Shown: positions 27,365-41,946 of the stretch, one piece after another | How the letters are laid out: each line of letters begins with the position of its first letter | How positions within the stretch are numbered: the stretch's first letter is position 1 | Assembly (NCBI GenBank): GCA_965261005.1 | Contig: OZ253375.1 | Coordinates: 2,688,001-2,752,000, forward strand | DNA length: 64,000 bases | Direction: 5' to 3' | Origin: Deinococcus sp. | GTDB taxonomy: Bacteria; Deinococcota; Deinococci; Deinococcales; Deinococcaceae | Notes under the pieces: generated by a model | What the model saw: the letters and a program-made list of their open reading frames with translations, nothing else | Told to the model about the DNA's origin: nothing | The model's database searches: none | Translations under genes and position numbers: made by a program

Positions 27365-27753
27365 TGGCCAAAGCGACCAAGGGCAAACAGCGGCGCGTTC
27401 GCCGCAACATCTCGGCGGGGCGGGCTTACATTCACGCCTCGTACAACAACACCATTGTGACCATCACGGACGTCGAGGGCAACTCGGTGGCTTGGTCTTC
27501 GGGCGGCACCATCGGCTATAAGGGGAGCAAAAAGGGCACGCCTTACGCGGCCCAACTCGCCGCCGCCGACGCCGTCAAGAAAGCCCAAGGCTTCGGCATG
27601 GGCATTGTGGACGTGATCGTGCGCGGCTCGGGCAGCGGACGCGAGCAGGCGATCCGCGCCATCCAGGCCAGCGGCATTGACGTGAAGTCCATCATGGACG
27701 ACACCCCCGTTCCGCACAACGGCTGCCGCCCGGCCAAGAAGCACAGGGCGTGA
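27364..27753 (+). CDS. rpsK: 30S ribosomal protein S11
   Basis: [25 protein letters not shown]. Confidence 0.98.
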   Translation: MAKATKGKQRRVRRNISAGRAYIHASYNNTIVTITDVEGNSVAWSSGGTIGYKGSKKGTPYAAQLAAADAVKKAQGFGMGIVDVIVRGSGSGREQAIRAIQASGIDVKSIMDDTPVPHNGCRPAKKHRA

Positions 27754-27761
27754 GGTAGAAC

Positions 27762-28379
27762 ATGGCCCGTTTTTACACATCCATCACCAAGATGAGCCGC
27801 CGTGAGGGCATCAACCTCGCCGAGACCGAAAAAGTTCAGAAGTACCTGGACCGCCGTCCCTACGGCCCCGGCCAGCACGGCCAGCGCCGCAAAGGGCGTC
27901 CCAGCGACTACAGCGTTCGCCTGCGCGAAAAGCAGAAGCTCGCGCGCCTCTACGGCATGCGTGAAAAGCAGTTCCGCAGCCTCTTTGAAGAGGCGGCCAG
28001 CGTGCCCGGCGTGACCGGCACGGTGTTTTTGCAACTTCTGGAGCGGCGCCTCGACAACGTGGTTTTCCGTCTCGGCATCGCCAGCACCCGCCGTCAGGCC
28101 CGGCAATTCGTGGGCCATGACCACATTCTGGTGAACGGCAAGCGCGTGGACATTCCCAGCTACCGCGTCAAAATCGGCGACGAGATCAGCGTGGCGCAAG
28201 GCAGCCGCCAAATGGGCTTCATTCTGGAGAACATGGAGGCCGGCAAGCGGCGACGCGTGGCCCCGTGGCTCTCCTTCAATCCCGAGACGTTCACGGGCAC
28301 CTTTGTGCGCCCGCCGGCCCGCGAAGACCTCGCGCTGCCGATCAACGAGAACTTTATCATCGAGTACTACTCGCGCTGA
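27762..28379 (+). CDS. rpsD: 30S ribosomal protein S4
   Basis: [22 protein letters not shown]. Confidence 0.98.
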   Translation: MARFYTSITKMSRREGINLAETEKVQKYLDRRPYGPGQHGQRRKGRPSDYSVRLREKQKLARLYGMREKQFRSLFEEAASVPGVTGTVFLQLLERRLDNVVFRLGIASTRRQARQFVGHDHILVNGKRVDIPSYRVKIGDEISVAQGSRQMGFILENMEAGKRRRVAPWLSFNPETFTGTFVRPPAREDLALPINENFIIEYYSR

Positions 28380-28390
28380 GAGGGGTGTGC

Positions 28391-29359
<969 letters not shown>

Positions 29360-29397
29360 CCAGAACCGACTGAACAGAAGGCAGAAAGGAAGTTCTT

Positions 29398-29748
29398 ATG
29401 CGTCACGGCAAAGCCGGCCGCCAACTCGGCCGCAACAGCTCCTCCCGCCTCGCGCTGGCGCGGGCGCAGGCCACCGCGCTGCTGCGCGAGGGCCGCATCG
29501 AGACGACCCTGACCAAGGCCAAGGAATTACGGCCCTACGTCGAGAAGATCATCACCGCCGCCAAAAGCGGCGACCTCCACGCGCGCCGCCTCGTCGGCCG
29601 CGACATTCAGGACCGCGAGGTGCTGAGCAAGCTGTTCGCCGAGATCGCCCCCAAGTACGCGGAGCGCTCCGGCGGCTACACCCGCATCCTCAAAACCGGC
29701 TTTCGGCGCGGCGACGCGGCCCCGGTTGCCCTGATCGAGCTGGTCTGA
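29398..29748 (+). CDS. rplQ: 50S ribosomal protein L17
   Basis: [35 protein letters not shown]. Confidence 0.98.
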   Translation: MRHGKAGRQLGRNSSSRLALARAQATALLREGRIETTLTKAKELRPYVEKIITAAKSGDLHARRLVGRDIQDREVLSKLFAEIAPKYAERSGGYTRILKTGFRRGDAAPVALIELV

Positions 29749-29756
29749 GTTTTTTG

Positions 29757-29794
29757 GCGTGAGGCGCGTGGATCACCGCGCGCCTCACGCTTTA
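29757..29794 (+). terminator. Terminator of the alpha operon
   Basis: GCGTGAGGCGCG...CGCGCCTCACGC-TTT hairpin. Confidence 0.7.
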
Positions 29795-29821
29795 CAAACG
29801 CTCGACAGATAAGGTGACGGC

Positions 29822-30986
29822 CTCAGTACCCGACAGGTAGGGTCGGTGGCATCTGAAGGGCCGGGAAGAGCAGGGCCAGACAGGACCTGGCGCGCTCAAG
29901 GTTCCACTTGAGGGCGTCCACAAGCAGATCGAGGCCGGTCAGGAAGGTGCTCTTGGCTTTGCGCCCGTGCGTTTTGAGCCGTACGGGCGCCTCTTGTTCC
30001 CGCACCAGACCGACCAGCAGCGCCCAGACGAAGGCGACCGTGAGCAAGCTGACCAGCGTTTCGATGCGGGCAGGGTCGGTCATGTGGGTCGCCTCCAGAT
30101 TGAGGCCGCGCAGCTTGTAGGCGCCGAAGGTGCATTCGATGGACCAGCGCGACCGGTAGCGCTCACAGGTGTCGAACAGCGAGAGGTCCGAAGCGATCAC
30201 AACGCGCTCGCCCTCGCTAGACAGCGTGGCAACCACCTGCATCTCAGCGCCGTAGACCACCTCTTTGTCGAGCAGGCCGCGCACCTCGCCGGGCGTCAGG
30301 TGTGCAAAGGCGTCTCGAACCGCGATGTCATCGAGCAGGGTGTCCTCACGAATGCGGATGCAGCGCTTGAGCCGTCGTTGTTCCAGGGCCGCGAACCAGT
30401 CTTTGCCCACGAACTCACGGTCGGCCAGCAGCACCGCAATGCGCTGTGCGGGAATGACGCTCAGCAGCCGGTCGAGCAGCGCGATGCGCGCGGCAGTCGA
30501 ACTGGCGCCGCCGTGGTCCAGCACGTCCCACACCAAGGGGAGAGCGTAGCCAGCAAACACCGCCCCAATCACCAAGATGTTGTGATCATATTGCCCATAG
30601 CGCCAGTTGGTGCGGTCCATCGCGAGCGTCAACTTGCCGCTCCCCAACAGCGGCAGGATCAGTTGGGCGGCCTCGTGCTGAGTGAAGGTCGCTGCGGCGA
30701 AGAAGCGGGCGACGCGACGTTCTTTGCTTTCGGGTCGGGCGTCACCCGGCAAGTGCTGGGCGAGTTTGCGGTGAGTGACGTGCTGGGCGTGGACGGTAGC
30801 GAGCAACATATCGGCGAGACGAGCGCGCTGGTCAGAGCGGCGTCCGGGCAGGTGTTGCGCGACGAGCGCGCGCAGGGTAGCGTCAGTGGTGCCGGGGGGC
30901 TGGGTACTCATCAACCACAGTTTGCCCCGGCTCTGCTGTCTCTCCTCGTGTCACACAACCTTTAGACCTTCCTGTCGGGTACTGAG
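29822..30986 (-). mobile_element. IS4-family insertion sequence, 1165 bp
   Basis: Terminal IRs CTCAGTACCCGACAGGTAGG (29822-29841) and CTCAGTACCCGACAGGAAGG (rc of 30967-30986), 19/20 identical; 9-bp direct repeat GGTGACGGC at 29813-29821 and 30987-30995. Confidence 0.93.
29823..30914 (-). CDS. IS4-family DDE transposase
   Basis: LAMDRTNW, LLADREF, YRSRWSIECTFGAYK (YREK-like signature). Confidence 0.93.
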   Translation of the reverse strand: MMSTQPPGTTDATLRALVAQHLPGRRSDQRARLADMLLATVHAQHVTHRKLAQHLPGDARPESKERRVARFFAAATFTQHEAAQLILPLLGSGKLTLAMDRTNWRYGQYDHNILVIGAVFAGYALPLVWDVLDHGGASSTAARIALLDRLLSVIPAQRIAVLLADREFVGKDWFAALEQRRLKRCIRIREDTLLDDIAVRDAFAHLTPGEVRGLLDKEVVYGAEMQVVATLSSEGERVVIASDLSLFDTCERYRSRWSIECTFGAYKLRGLNLEATHMTDPARIETLVSLLTVAFVWALLVGLVREQEAPVRLKTHGRKAKSTFLTGLDLLVDALKWNLERARSCLALLFPALQMPPTLPVGY

Positions 30987-31007
30987 GGTGACGGCACGGA
31001 GGCCCGC

Positions 31008-31139
31008 GTGAGTCCTTTTGACATTCTGATCGGTTTGGCGGTGGTGTTCGCGCTGCTGCTCAGCGCGCTCAGCTTCGGCAGTTCGGCGGACAGGGCGCTC
31101 AACCGGCTGTTCGGCCGCGCCAGAAAACAAAAGAAGTAA
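31008..31139 (+). CDS. Small single-TM membrane protein (43 aa)
   Basis: GGAGG then GTG; MSPFDILIGLAVVFALLLSALSFGSSADRALNRLFGRARKQKK; terminator directly downstream. Confidence 0.55.
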   Translation: MSPFDILIGLAVVFALLLSALSFGSSADRALNRLFGRARKQKK

Positions 31140-31145
31140 TACAAA

Positions 31146-31173
31146 AGAAGTGACGGGTTATCCCGTCACTTCT
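31146..31173. terminator. Hairpin terminator between the small ORF and trxA
   Basis: AGAAGTGACGGG-TTAT-CCCGTCACTTCT. Confidence 0.75.
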
Positions 31174-31209
31174 CGGCCTTCACTTCTTAGCTTTTACCTG
31201 GTTAGGCGC

Positions 31210-31551
31210 TCAGTTGGCCTTGCCGACCGGCGCTTCCTGCACGTGCTTGTCGAGCAGCTTTTCAAAGGCGCGCTTGGGTTGGGCGCCTATGACAGCCTCG
31301 ACCGGCTCACCGTCCTTGAAGAGAATCAGGGTGGGAATGCTCATCACCCGGTACTGCATGGCGGTGTTCTGGTTGTCGTCCACGTTGACCTTGCCGACCT
31401 TGACGCGCCCCTCATATTGGCTGGCGAGTTCCTCGACCACCGGGGCGACCATGCGGCAGGGACCACACCATGGCGCCCAAAAGTCCACCAACGTGAGACC
31501 GCTGCCGATTTCGCCTTTGAAGTTGGCGTCCGTCAGTTCTTGAGGTTTCAT
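31210..31551 (-). CDS. trxA: Thioredoxin
   Basis: [18 protein letters not shown]. Confidence 0.96.
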   Translation of the reverse strand: MKPQELTDANFKGEIGSGLTLVDFWAPWCGPCRMVAPVVEELASQYEGRVKVGKVNVDDNQNTAMQYRVMSIPTLILFKDGEPVEAVIGAQPKRAFEKLLDKHVQEAPVGKAN

Positions 31552-31673
31552 GGTCTTAGTATGCGCCGAACGTCCCGCTCAAAAAGGCGGCGCCCATCGC
31601 GTTTGCGCTTTAGCGGGTCTTACCCATCGGTTCATTAGCCGCCATCTTGGCCGGGGGCGTGCCATGCTGGGTC

Positions 31674-31988
31674 ATGCAGGAAAGCCTGCTTGAGGGCGCG
31701 CGGCTGTTCAACCTGGGCTTGTATTGGGAGGCGCACGAGGCTTGGGAAGGTCCGTGGTTGCGTGCCTCGGGAACGGAGCGGGCCTACGTGCAGGGACTTA
31801 TTTTGCTGGCGGCGGCCCTACACAAGCGCTGGGTTCACGGCAGCTTGACGGCCCGCAATTACCACAAGGCGAGGCGGTATCTGGCGACCCTGCCGGACAA
31901 CTTCGACGGCGTGAACTTGCGCCTCTTGGAGCGCGAGGTGAAGGAAGCGCTCGAACGTGCCGGGGTGCGGCCACAGCTGCCCTTATAA
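31674..31988 (+). CDS. DUF309 family protein
   Basis: LFNLGLYWEAHEAWE, QGLILLAAALH. Confidence 0.85.
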   Translation: MQESLLEGARLFNLGLYWEAHEAWEGPWLRASGTERAYVQGLILLAAALHKRWVHGSLTARNYHKARRYLATLPDNFDGVNLRLLEREVKEALERAGVRPQLPL

Positions 31989-32129
31989 CCTTATAAAACG
32001 TGGCCGTAGAACGTGAATCGCTTTACCTCTCCCGGCCGCTTCGCTATGCTGGGGAGCGCGGGAACGGACCTGACCACCGGCAATTGAACATCTATTGAAC
32101 GGGTTTGGGAGCGTACATAAGGAGCGGTT

Positions 32130-32723
32130 GTGGAACGGATTGCGATGTTTATTGACGGGGCCAACGTGTACGCGGCGGCCAAGCGGCTGGGCTGGAACTT
32201 CGATCACCGCAAGATTCTGGAACATTTCGCCGGACTTGGGCGGCTGTACAACGCCTTTTACTACACCGCCGTGCCGTACCCGGTGGACGACAAGCAGAAG
32301 CGCTTTATCGACGCGCTGACCTACATGGGCTATACCGTGCGGACCAAGACGCTGCGCGAATTGACCGACGACGCCGGCGAGACGCACCGCCGCGCCAACC
32401 TCGACATCGAGCTGGTGACCGACCTGCTCTCCACGGTGGACCTCTACGACACCGCCGTGCTGCTGACCGGCGACGGCGACTTCGAGCGCCCGGTGGAGGT
32501 GCTGCGCAGCAAGGGCCGCCGGGTGCTGGTCGCCTCGATTCCCGAGATGACCAGCTACGAGTTGCGCAACGTGGCCGACGAGTACGTGGACCTCGGCACC
32601 ATCCGCTCTGCGGTGGAGCGGCCCGGCTACCGCTTGCCCAGCGAGTCGCGCGGCTTTGAGACCCGGCCCTTTTACGTGAACGCCCCAGAGCTGCTGGACG
32701 GTGAGGACGCTGGCGAGCGCTGA
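32130..32723 (+). CDS. NYN-domain (LabA/DUF88) protein
   Basis: FIDGANV, LLTGDGDF, LRNVADEYVDL. Confidence 0.88.
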   Translation: MERIAMFIDGANVYAAAKRLGWNFDHRKILEHFAGLGRLYNAFYYTAVPYPVDDKQKRFIDALTYMGYTVRTKTLRELTDDAGETHRRANLDIELVTDLLSTVDLYDTAVLLTGDGDFERPVEVLRSKGRRVLVASIPEMTSYELRNVADEYVDLGTIRSAVERPGYRLPSESRGFETRPFYVNAPELLDGEDAGER

Positions 32724-33711
32724 CCTGCCCATCGCCCTCGACGCGATGGGCGGCGACGAGGGGAGCGCGCCCAACGTGGCCGGGGCGCTGAGCGCGGCGC
32801 GCGCCGGCGTGCGGATGCTGCTGGTGGGGGACCGGGTGCGGCTGCACGCTGAGCTGCCTGGGGAAGCTGCGCGCCTGCCCCTGGAAGTGGTGGACGCGGG
32901 CGACGTGATCGGCATGGACGAGCACGCCGGCGACGTGCGCGGCCGGCCCGAGGCCAGCATCAACGTTACGACGCGCTTGGTGAAGGAAGGCCGCGCCGCC
33001 GCCGCCGTCTCGATGGGCCACAGCGGGGCGACCATGGCGAGCGCGCTGTTCACCTTTGGACGCCTCCGGGGAGTGGACCGGCCCGCCATTCTGAACGTTA
33101 TCCCGACCCGCAGGGGCGTGGGCGCGCTGCTCGACGTTGGCGCCAACGCCGACGTGAAACCCCACTACTTGGCCCAATGGGCGCGCCTCGCGAGCGTGTA
33201 TCTGCGCGTGGTACAGGGGAAAGTCTCACCCAGCGTGGGCCTCCTCTCCATCGGTGAGGAGGCCCACAAGGGGAGTGCGCTGGTGCTGGAGGCGCACACC
33301 CTTTTAGAAACGCTCCCCGACATCAACTTCCACGGCAACGTCGAGGGCAACGACATCTTCCTGGGCACCACCGACATCGTGGTGACCGACGGCTTTACGG
33401 GTAACGTCGTCCTCAAGCTGGCCGAGGGCGAGGCGCGGGTGCTGTTCGGCTGGGTCAGGGACGCGCTGGGCAGCTCGGCGCGCAGCAAGCTGGGCGCCCT
33501 GCTGGTGCGCGGCGCGTTGCGGGGCGTGGCCGACAAGCTGGACCCCAGCAGCTACGGCGCCTCGCCGCTGCTAGGCGTGCGCGGCCTGACCATGATCGGG
33601 CACGGCAAGTCCGACGCCCGCGCGGTGGAGAACGCCTTGTTGCACGCCGCGCGGGCACGCGACTTGAACTTGCTGGGACGTTTGGAAAGCGCCATGCAAG
33701 ACGGGACTTGA
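32701..33711 (+). CDS. plsX: Phosphate acyltransferase PlsX
   Basis: IALDAMGGD, DVGANAD, VTDGFTGNVVLK. Confidence 0.95.
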   Translation: MRTLASADLPIALDAMGGDEGSAPNVAGALSAARAGVRMLLVGDRVRLHAELPGEAARLPLEVVDAGDVIGMDEHAGDVRGRPEASINVTTRLVKEGRAAAAVSMGHSGATMASALFTFGRLRGVDRPAILNVIPTRRGVGALLDVGANADVKPHYLAQWARLASVYLRVVQGKVSPSVGLLSIGEEAHKGSALVLEAHTLLETLPDINFHGNVEGNDIFLGTTDIVVTDGFTGNVVLKLAEGEARVLFGWVRDALGSSARSKLGALLVRGALRGVADKLDPSSYGASPLLGVRGLTMIGHGKSDARAVENALLHAARARDLNLLGRLESAMQDGT

Positions 33712-33730
33712 CACGCCGGGACCTGACGCG

Positions 33731-34803
33731 TTGTCCGGGACCGTGCTGGAAACCCTGCGCCGGCCCGGCACTTGGCTGACCCTCGCGCTCAACCTGCTGA
33801 TCATGTTGGCGGTCTGGCGGGTCGGCCTGTCGCTGGCCCGCTTGGTGGTCGGGACCTGGCCGGCGCGGGTGCGCGCCGTGCTCAGATTTGTCTGGACGCT
33901 GGGCGCGCTGTACGTGCTGCTGGCGCTGGTCGTCCACACCCTGAACTGGCAAGTCGAGCCGCTGTTTACTCAGGGCGCCCTCGTCTCCGCGTGGTTCCGC
34001 GCCTCGGCGGGGCGCACCGTGGCCGTTCTGGTGCTGGCGACCATCGCCTGGAACTTGGTCTCGCTGACCGCCTCGCGCGTGGTGCCGTCGAGCGAGTTCA
34101 CCCGCCTGAGCGTGCGGGTGCAAACGCTCAAGAGCGTGGTGGAGTCCTCGCTGCGGGTGGGCATCGTGACCATCGCCCTGCTGAGCGTGCTGGACAACCT
34201 CGGCGTCAAGACGACCACGCTGCTGGCGGGAGTGTCGGTGCTGGGCCTGGCGGTCTCCTTTGGCGCGCAGAGCCTGGTGCGCGACGTGATCGCTGGCTTC
34301 TTCGTGCTGCTCGAAGACCAGTACGGCGTGGGCGACGTCGTCACCGTCAACAGCGGCCCGCTGACCGGGGCGGTCGAGCGCCTGAATTTGCGCTTCACCG
34401 CCCTGCGTGCCCTGGACGGCACCCTGCACATCGTGCCCAACGGCCAGATCAACACCGTCAGCGTGATGAGCAAGGACTGGTCGCGGGTGGTGGCCCTGGT
34501 CAGCTTGCCGCCGACCGCCGACGTGGACGCGGCCATCGCCCTCTTAGGGCGGGTGTCGCGTGACCTCCACGCCGACCCCGCGTGGGGAGACAAGTTCCTG
34601 GAGGAACCCAGCGTGGAGGGCGTCACCACCCTCAGCAAGGACGGCTTCGAGGTGCGCGCCCTCTTCAAGGTGCTGCCCAAGGCCCAGTGGACGGTAGGCC
34701 GCGAGTTCAACCGCCGCATGAAGCTGGCCCTCGACGAGGTGGGCCTGGGCGGTTTGCGCCCGCAGCTCGCCATCGTGCGCCAAGCCGAGCCGCCCATTAC
34801 CAG

Positions 34804-34807
<4 letters not shown>
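33731..34807 (+). CDS. MscS-family mechanosensitive channel
   Basis: GLAVSFGAQSLVRD, EDQYGVGD, VPNGQI. Confidence 0.9.
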
Positions 34808-36594
<1,787 letters not shown>

Positions 36595-36719
36595 GGGGTC
36601 ATGCTAGGGCTTGGAAGCGAAGGCATGTCCCGCCCAACTCGCAATCTGCCCCCAATTCGGCAAAGGTGTCTTCAGAAAGACGTCAGCCGAGGGTCAGCGC
36701 CCCCGAATACGCTCGGCCC

Positions 36720-37235
36720 ATGAAACAGGCTTTGTTGTTGGGGGCGCTCGCTCTGGGCCTCAGCGCGTGCCGGGTCACGGTGCAGCCCAGTACGGTGCAG
36801 CCGGGTGTGGTCCAGCCGGGCGCGGGCGTGTCGGTCGCGGCGCGGCCGAACCTGATCACCACCCTGCGCCCCGAGCGCGGCGCGGGCAGCGTGTACTACG
36901 TGGGCGAGCGCGTCCGCTTCGACGTCCGCACCCGCACCGCCGGCTACCTGACCTTGGTGGCGCTTGACCCCGACGGCTACGGCAACGTGCTGCTGCGCGA
37001 CACCTACGTTGCGGCCGGCCGCACGCTGGTCGGCGCCAACTACGCCCTGCAAATCACGCCGCCGCGCGGCTTGGAGCGCGTCCGCGCCATTTTCACCACC
37101 TCGCGCCCACGCGGCAACATCGTGTTTTCGGGCCGCTACGACCAGCGCGGCTTTAACAGCTACACCGACAGCTACCTGAACGGCTACGGCCCGGGTGCGC
37201 GCGACGTCGCCGAGACGTACCTATACATCCGTTGA
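36720..37235 (+). CDS. Lipoprotein, DUF4384-like
   Basis: Lipobox LSAC; YYVGERVRF, GYLTLVALDPDG, PPRGLERVRAIFT. Confidence 0.7.
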   Translation: MKQALLLGALALGLSACRVTVQPSTVQPGVVQPGAGVSVAARPNLITTLRPERGAGSVYYVGERVRFDVRTRTAGYLTLVALDPDGYGNVLLRDTYVAAGRTLVGANYALQITPPRGLERVRAIFTTSRPRGNIVFSGRYDQRGFNSYTDSYLNGYGPGARDVAETYLYIR

Positions 37236-37285
37236 GCTGGTCCACTCGTTAAAACGGCGGGGGAAAATGCTGATAGCTTTTCCCC

Positions 37286-37609
37286 ATGCCCCTCACCTTT
37301 GAAAACGCCGCGCGGCGGGTGGACGCCTACATCTCGCAGTTCGAGGAGGGCTACTTCCCGCCGCTCCTGATGCTCGCGCGCCTGACCGAGGAGACCGGCG
37401 AGGTCGCGCGGGTGATCGCGCACCAAAGCGGTAAGACGCCGAAAAAGGGCGAGGACGTGGGCGACCTGGAGTTGGAGTTGGCCGACCTGCTGTTCGTGAT
37501 GCTCTGCATGGCCAACGAGCGCGGCCTGAATTTAGAGCGCGGCTTTGATCGCGTGATGGAAAAAATTGAGACCAGGGACGCCGGAAGATGGACCAGGAAA
37601 GGGGCCTGA
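37286..37609 (+). CDS. MazG-like nucleotide pyrophosphohydrolase
   Basis: RLTEETGEVAR, ELADLLF. Confidence 0.88.
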   Translation: MPLTFENAARRVDAYISQFEEGYFPPLLMLARLTEETGEVARVIAHQSGKTPKKGEDVGDLELELADLLFVMLCMANERGLNLERGFDRVMEKIETRDAGRWTRKGA

Positions 37610-38133
37610 TGGACGCGCGCTATCCCGTCGGCCCGTTCGTGGGGCGGCCCGCGTCCACGCGGGAAGAGCGGGCGCCCCTTATCCGCGACTTGGGGGCGCT
37701 GCCCGCCGACTTTCGCGCCGCCCTGGCCGGGCTTTCGGACGCGCAGCTCGACACGCCTTACCGCGCGGGCGGCTGGACGCTGCGGCAAGTCGCGCACCAC
37801 CTCCCGGACAGCCACCTCAACGCCTACCTGCGCATGAAGCTGGCCCTGACCGAGGAGGCTCCCACCATCAAGCCCTACGACGAGGCGCGCTGGGCCGAGT
37901 TGCCTGACACAACATTGCCGGTGGAGGTGTCGTTGCGCTTGTTGGAGGCGCTGCACGAACGCTGGACCTCACTGCTGGTCAGCTTGCACGAGGCGGACTG
38001 GCAACGTGGCTTCGTGAACCCGGAGCGTGGGGGCGTGACGCCGCTGGGCGAGGCCCTGGCGATGTACGTCTGGCACGGGCGGCACCACCTCGCGCACGTC
38101 ACGCGCCTGCGCCGGGAGCGGGGCTGGACCTGA
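37609..38133 (+). CDS. YfiT/DinB-family putative bacillithiol transferase
   Basis: RYPVG, GGWTLRQVAHHLPDSH, WHGRHHLAH. Confidence 0.88.
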   Translation: MDARYPVGPFVGRPASTREERAPLIRDLGALPADFRAALAGLSDAQLDTPYRAGGWTLRQVAHHLPDSHLNAYLRMKLALTEEAPTIKPYDEARWAELPDTTLPVEVSLRLLEALHERWTSLLVSLHEADWQRGFVNPERGGVTPLGEALAMYVWHGRHHLAHVTRLRRERGWT

Positions 38134-38241
38134 ACATCCCCTTGCCGCTGTAAGAAACTTGTCATTTCCCCCCCTCTATCTTGACGGCGCCCTGTTTGAC
38201 GGCGATTTGGGCGCGAAACGGCGCGGTTTTCTTGGGAGGAA

Positions 38242-39300
38242 ATGCTCAGCGACCTGGTTGTCAATTTTTGCGTGGTGGTGGCCTTGGCTTTTGTGGCGGG
38301 CGTGACGCTCAGGTTGCCCAGTTGGCCCGGAAGGGCGGCGCGCCTGCTGATCGCGGTGGCGGCCTGCGCCCTGCTCGCGCGCCTCGCCCCGGCGTCGTGG
38401 CTCGACCTCAGCTTGGCGTCCCCCGCGTTGGCCGCGCTGCTGTTCGGCCCGCTGGCCGCGCTGATCGTGGCCGCTTTGGTCGTCGCGCTCCAAGTGGCGC
38501 AGGGGGCGGCGGGCGTCTGGCCCCTCGCTGCGGGCCTCGGCGGCGTGGTGGCGGTGAGCTTGCCGCTGTGGCGCTGGCGAACGGACGTGCTCGACGCCCT
38601 CAGCGTGGACCTGCTGGGCGCGGGCGTCTTCAGGCGAACCTGGTGGACGCCCCTGGCCTTGCTGGTGGCCGGCGACTTGGCCGCCTCACTGGTGGCGGGC
38701 GCGCCCTGGAACGCGCCCCGGGCCGCCGCGCTGCTGGGCATGCAGTTGGCGGCGGTGGCGCTGGGGCTGTGGGCGCTCTACGTGTTGCGCCGGCCCGGGG
38801 GCGAGGTGCCCCCCTCGCCTCCCGTCGCCTTTACCGACGAACTCACCGGCGTGTTCAACCGCCGTCAGTTCGACGACGACTTGGCTGAGCTGAGCGGTGA
38901 CGGCCCGGCCTTTTTGCTGCTGCTCGACCTCGACCACTTCAAGCGGGTCAACGACAGCCGCGGTCACGCCTTTGGGGATGAGGTGCTGGCCCGTTGCGCC
39001 CGGCTGCTGCACGAGTACGTCCGGTTGCAGGACCGAATCTATCGCTACGGCGGCGAGGCCTTTGCGGTGGTGCTGCGCGGCTGCACCCCCGAGCAGGCGG
39101 CGCGCGTGGCCGAGCGGGTGCGCGGCGCGGTGGAGCAGCGCCTCGGCCGGCTCGCCGGCGACCCCAGCTTGCAGCTGACCGTCTCGGCGGGCTTGGTGGA
39201 ACTGCACCCGGGGCAGGTCAAGGCCGAGCTGCTGGAGGCCGACACGCTGCTCTACGCGGCCAAGGCGGCGGGCCGCAACCGGGTGATGCAGGCTTCTTAG
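38242..39300 (+). CDS. Membrane-bound GGDEF-domain protein (degenerate GGEAF)
   Basis: Multi-TM N-terminus; DELTGVFNRR, DLDHFKRVND, RYGGEAF. Confidence 0.88.
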   Translation: MLSDLVVNFCVVVALAFVAGVTLRLPSWPGRAARLLIAVAACALLARLAPASWLDLSLASPALAALLFGPLAALIVAALVVALQVAQGAAGVWPLAAGLGGVVAVSLPLWRWRTDVLDALSVDLLGAGVFRRTWWTPLALLVAGDLAASLVAGAPWNAPRAAALLGMQLAAVALGLWALYVLRRPGGEVPPSPPVAFTDELTGVFNRRQFDDDLAELSGDGPAFLLLLDLDHFKRVNDSRGHAFGDEVLARCARLLHEYVRLQDRIYRYGGEAFAVVLRGCTPEQAARVAERVRGAVEQRLGRLAGDPSLQLTVSAGLVELHPGQVKAELLEADTLLYAAKAAGRNRVMQAS

Positions 39301-39317
39301 CCCAAAAGATCTTGGCT

Positions 39318-40754
<1,437 letters not shown>

Positions 40755-40775
40755 GGGGTCAGTATCGCCGAACGG

Positions 40776-41399
40776 CTAGCTCAGCAGCGGCACGCCGAAG
40801 CCCAGCGCCTCGATCCGGTCGCAAATCCAGCCGAAGGCGGCCGGGTCGTTCACGAAGTCGAGGCGGTCCCCCGGCACCCGCACGACCGGCGAGTGGCCGT
40901 AGCCCTCGGCCCAGGCGCCGTAGAGCTTGTTCAGCCCGGCCAGGTAGACGTCCGGAATGGCCTGCTCGTAGTCGCGCCCGCGCCGCCGAATGCGCCCCCG
41001 CAGCGTTTCCAAACCGGCGTCTATGTGAATGAGGAGGTCGGGCACGCGCAGGGCGGGCAGGATGCCGTGGTAGAGGCCGCAGTAGGTGTCCCAATCGCGC
41101 GCCTCCATCTGGTCCGTCTCGAACAGGTGGCGCGCGAAGATGCCCGCGTCCTCGAAGACGGTGCGGTCCTGAATCACGCCGCCCACGCCGTTGATCAGAC
41201 TCAGGTGCTGCTCCAGCCGCTTGGAAAGAAAAAAGACCTGGCTGTGAAAGCTGTAGCGGCGCATGTCGCGGTAAAAGTCTTCCAGGTACGGGTTCTCTTG
41301 GTACGGCTCGTAGACCGGCGCGAGGCCGTAGCGACCGCTAAGCAAGGCCGTCAGGCTACTTTTGCCGCTGCCGATGTTGCCGGAGATGGCCAGGTACAT
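40776..41399 (-). CDS. Deoxynucleoside kinase
   Basis: MYLAISGNIGSGKS, NPYLEDFY, QDRTVFED, RGRDYE. Confidence 0.9.
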   Translation of the reverse strand: MYLAISGNIGSGKSSLTALLSGRYGLAPVYEPYQENPYLEDFYRDMRRYSFHSQVFFLSKRLEQHLSLINGVGGVIQDRTVFEDAGIFARHLFETDQMEARDWDTYCGLYHGILPALRVPDLLIHIDAGLETLRGRIRRRGRDYEQAIPDVYLAGLNKLYGAWAEGYGHSPVVRVPGDRLDFVNDPAAFGWICDRIEALGFGVPLLS

Positions 41400-41463
41400 T
41401 GGCAGGCATGATACCCGCCGCGCCTTTATGAGCGGATGAGTCGGCGGCGCTGTATGCTGCGGC

Positions 41464-41946
41464 ATGACCCAAACTGCAAGCCGTCCGAGACCGGTCGTGA
41501 TCTTGGTTGTGATCGCCATCGTCGTCGCGCTGATCGTGTTCGCCCTGGGCTACTATCTGGGCCGCGCGCCTGTGGCCAGTCTGCAAACCCAGGCCACCCA
41601 AGCTCAGCAGGCCCTCGCTACCGCCCAAGTGCGCGCGGACGTGCAGTCGGCGCGGGCCTACCTGTACCAAAGCGCGGCCGACCTCGACTTGCGCAACTTC
41701 GGCACCGCCAACAGCGATCTCGCGTCGGCGGGGCAGAACATGAAGCAGGTGGTGGGCCGTCTCGGAACGGCGGGCGTCTCGGGCGACGTCGCCCAACAGC
41801 TTCAAAAGCTCCAGCAGCAGGTGAGCGCCACCAACCTAAGCGTCGCCGTGAACTTACAGCGTCAGCGCGACCAGGTGCTGGGTTTCGCCAAGCAGGCCAC
41901 CCAATTGGCCGGCCAGCTGCCCGCCGGCCAAGCGGCCGGGCAGTAA
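41464..41946 (+). CDS. Membrane-anchored helical hypothetical protein
   Basis: One N-terminal TM helix followed by Gln/Ala-rich helices; TATGCT 5 nt before ATG. Confidence 0.7.
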   Translation: MTQTASRPRPVVILVVIAIVVALIVFALGYYLGRAPVASLQTQATQAQQALATAQVRADVQSARAYLYQSAADLDLRNFGTANSDLASAGQNMKQVVGRLGTAGVSGDVAQQLQKLQQQVSATNLSVAVNLQRQRDQVLGFAKQATQLAGQLPAGQAAGQ

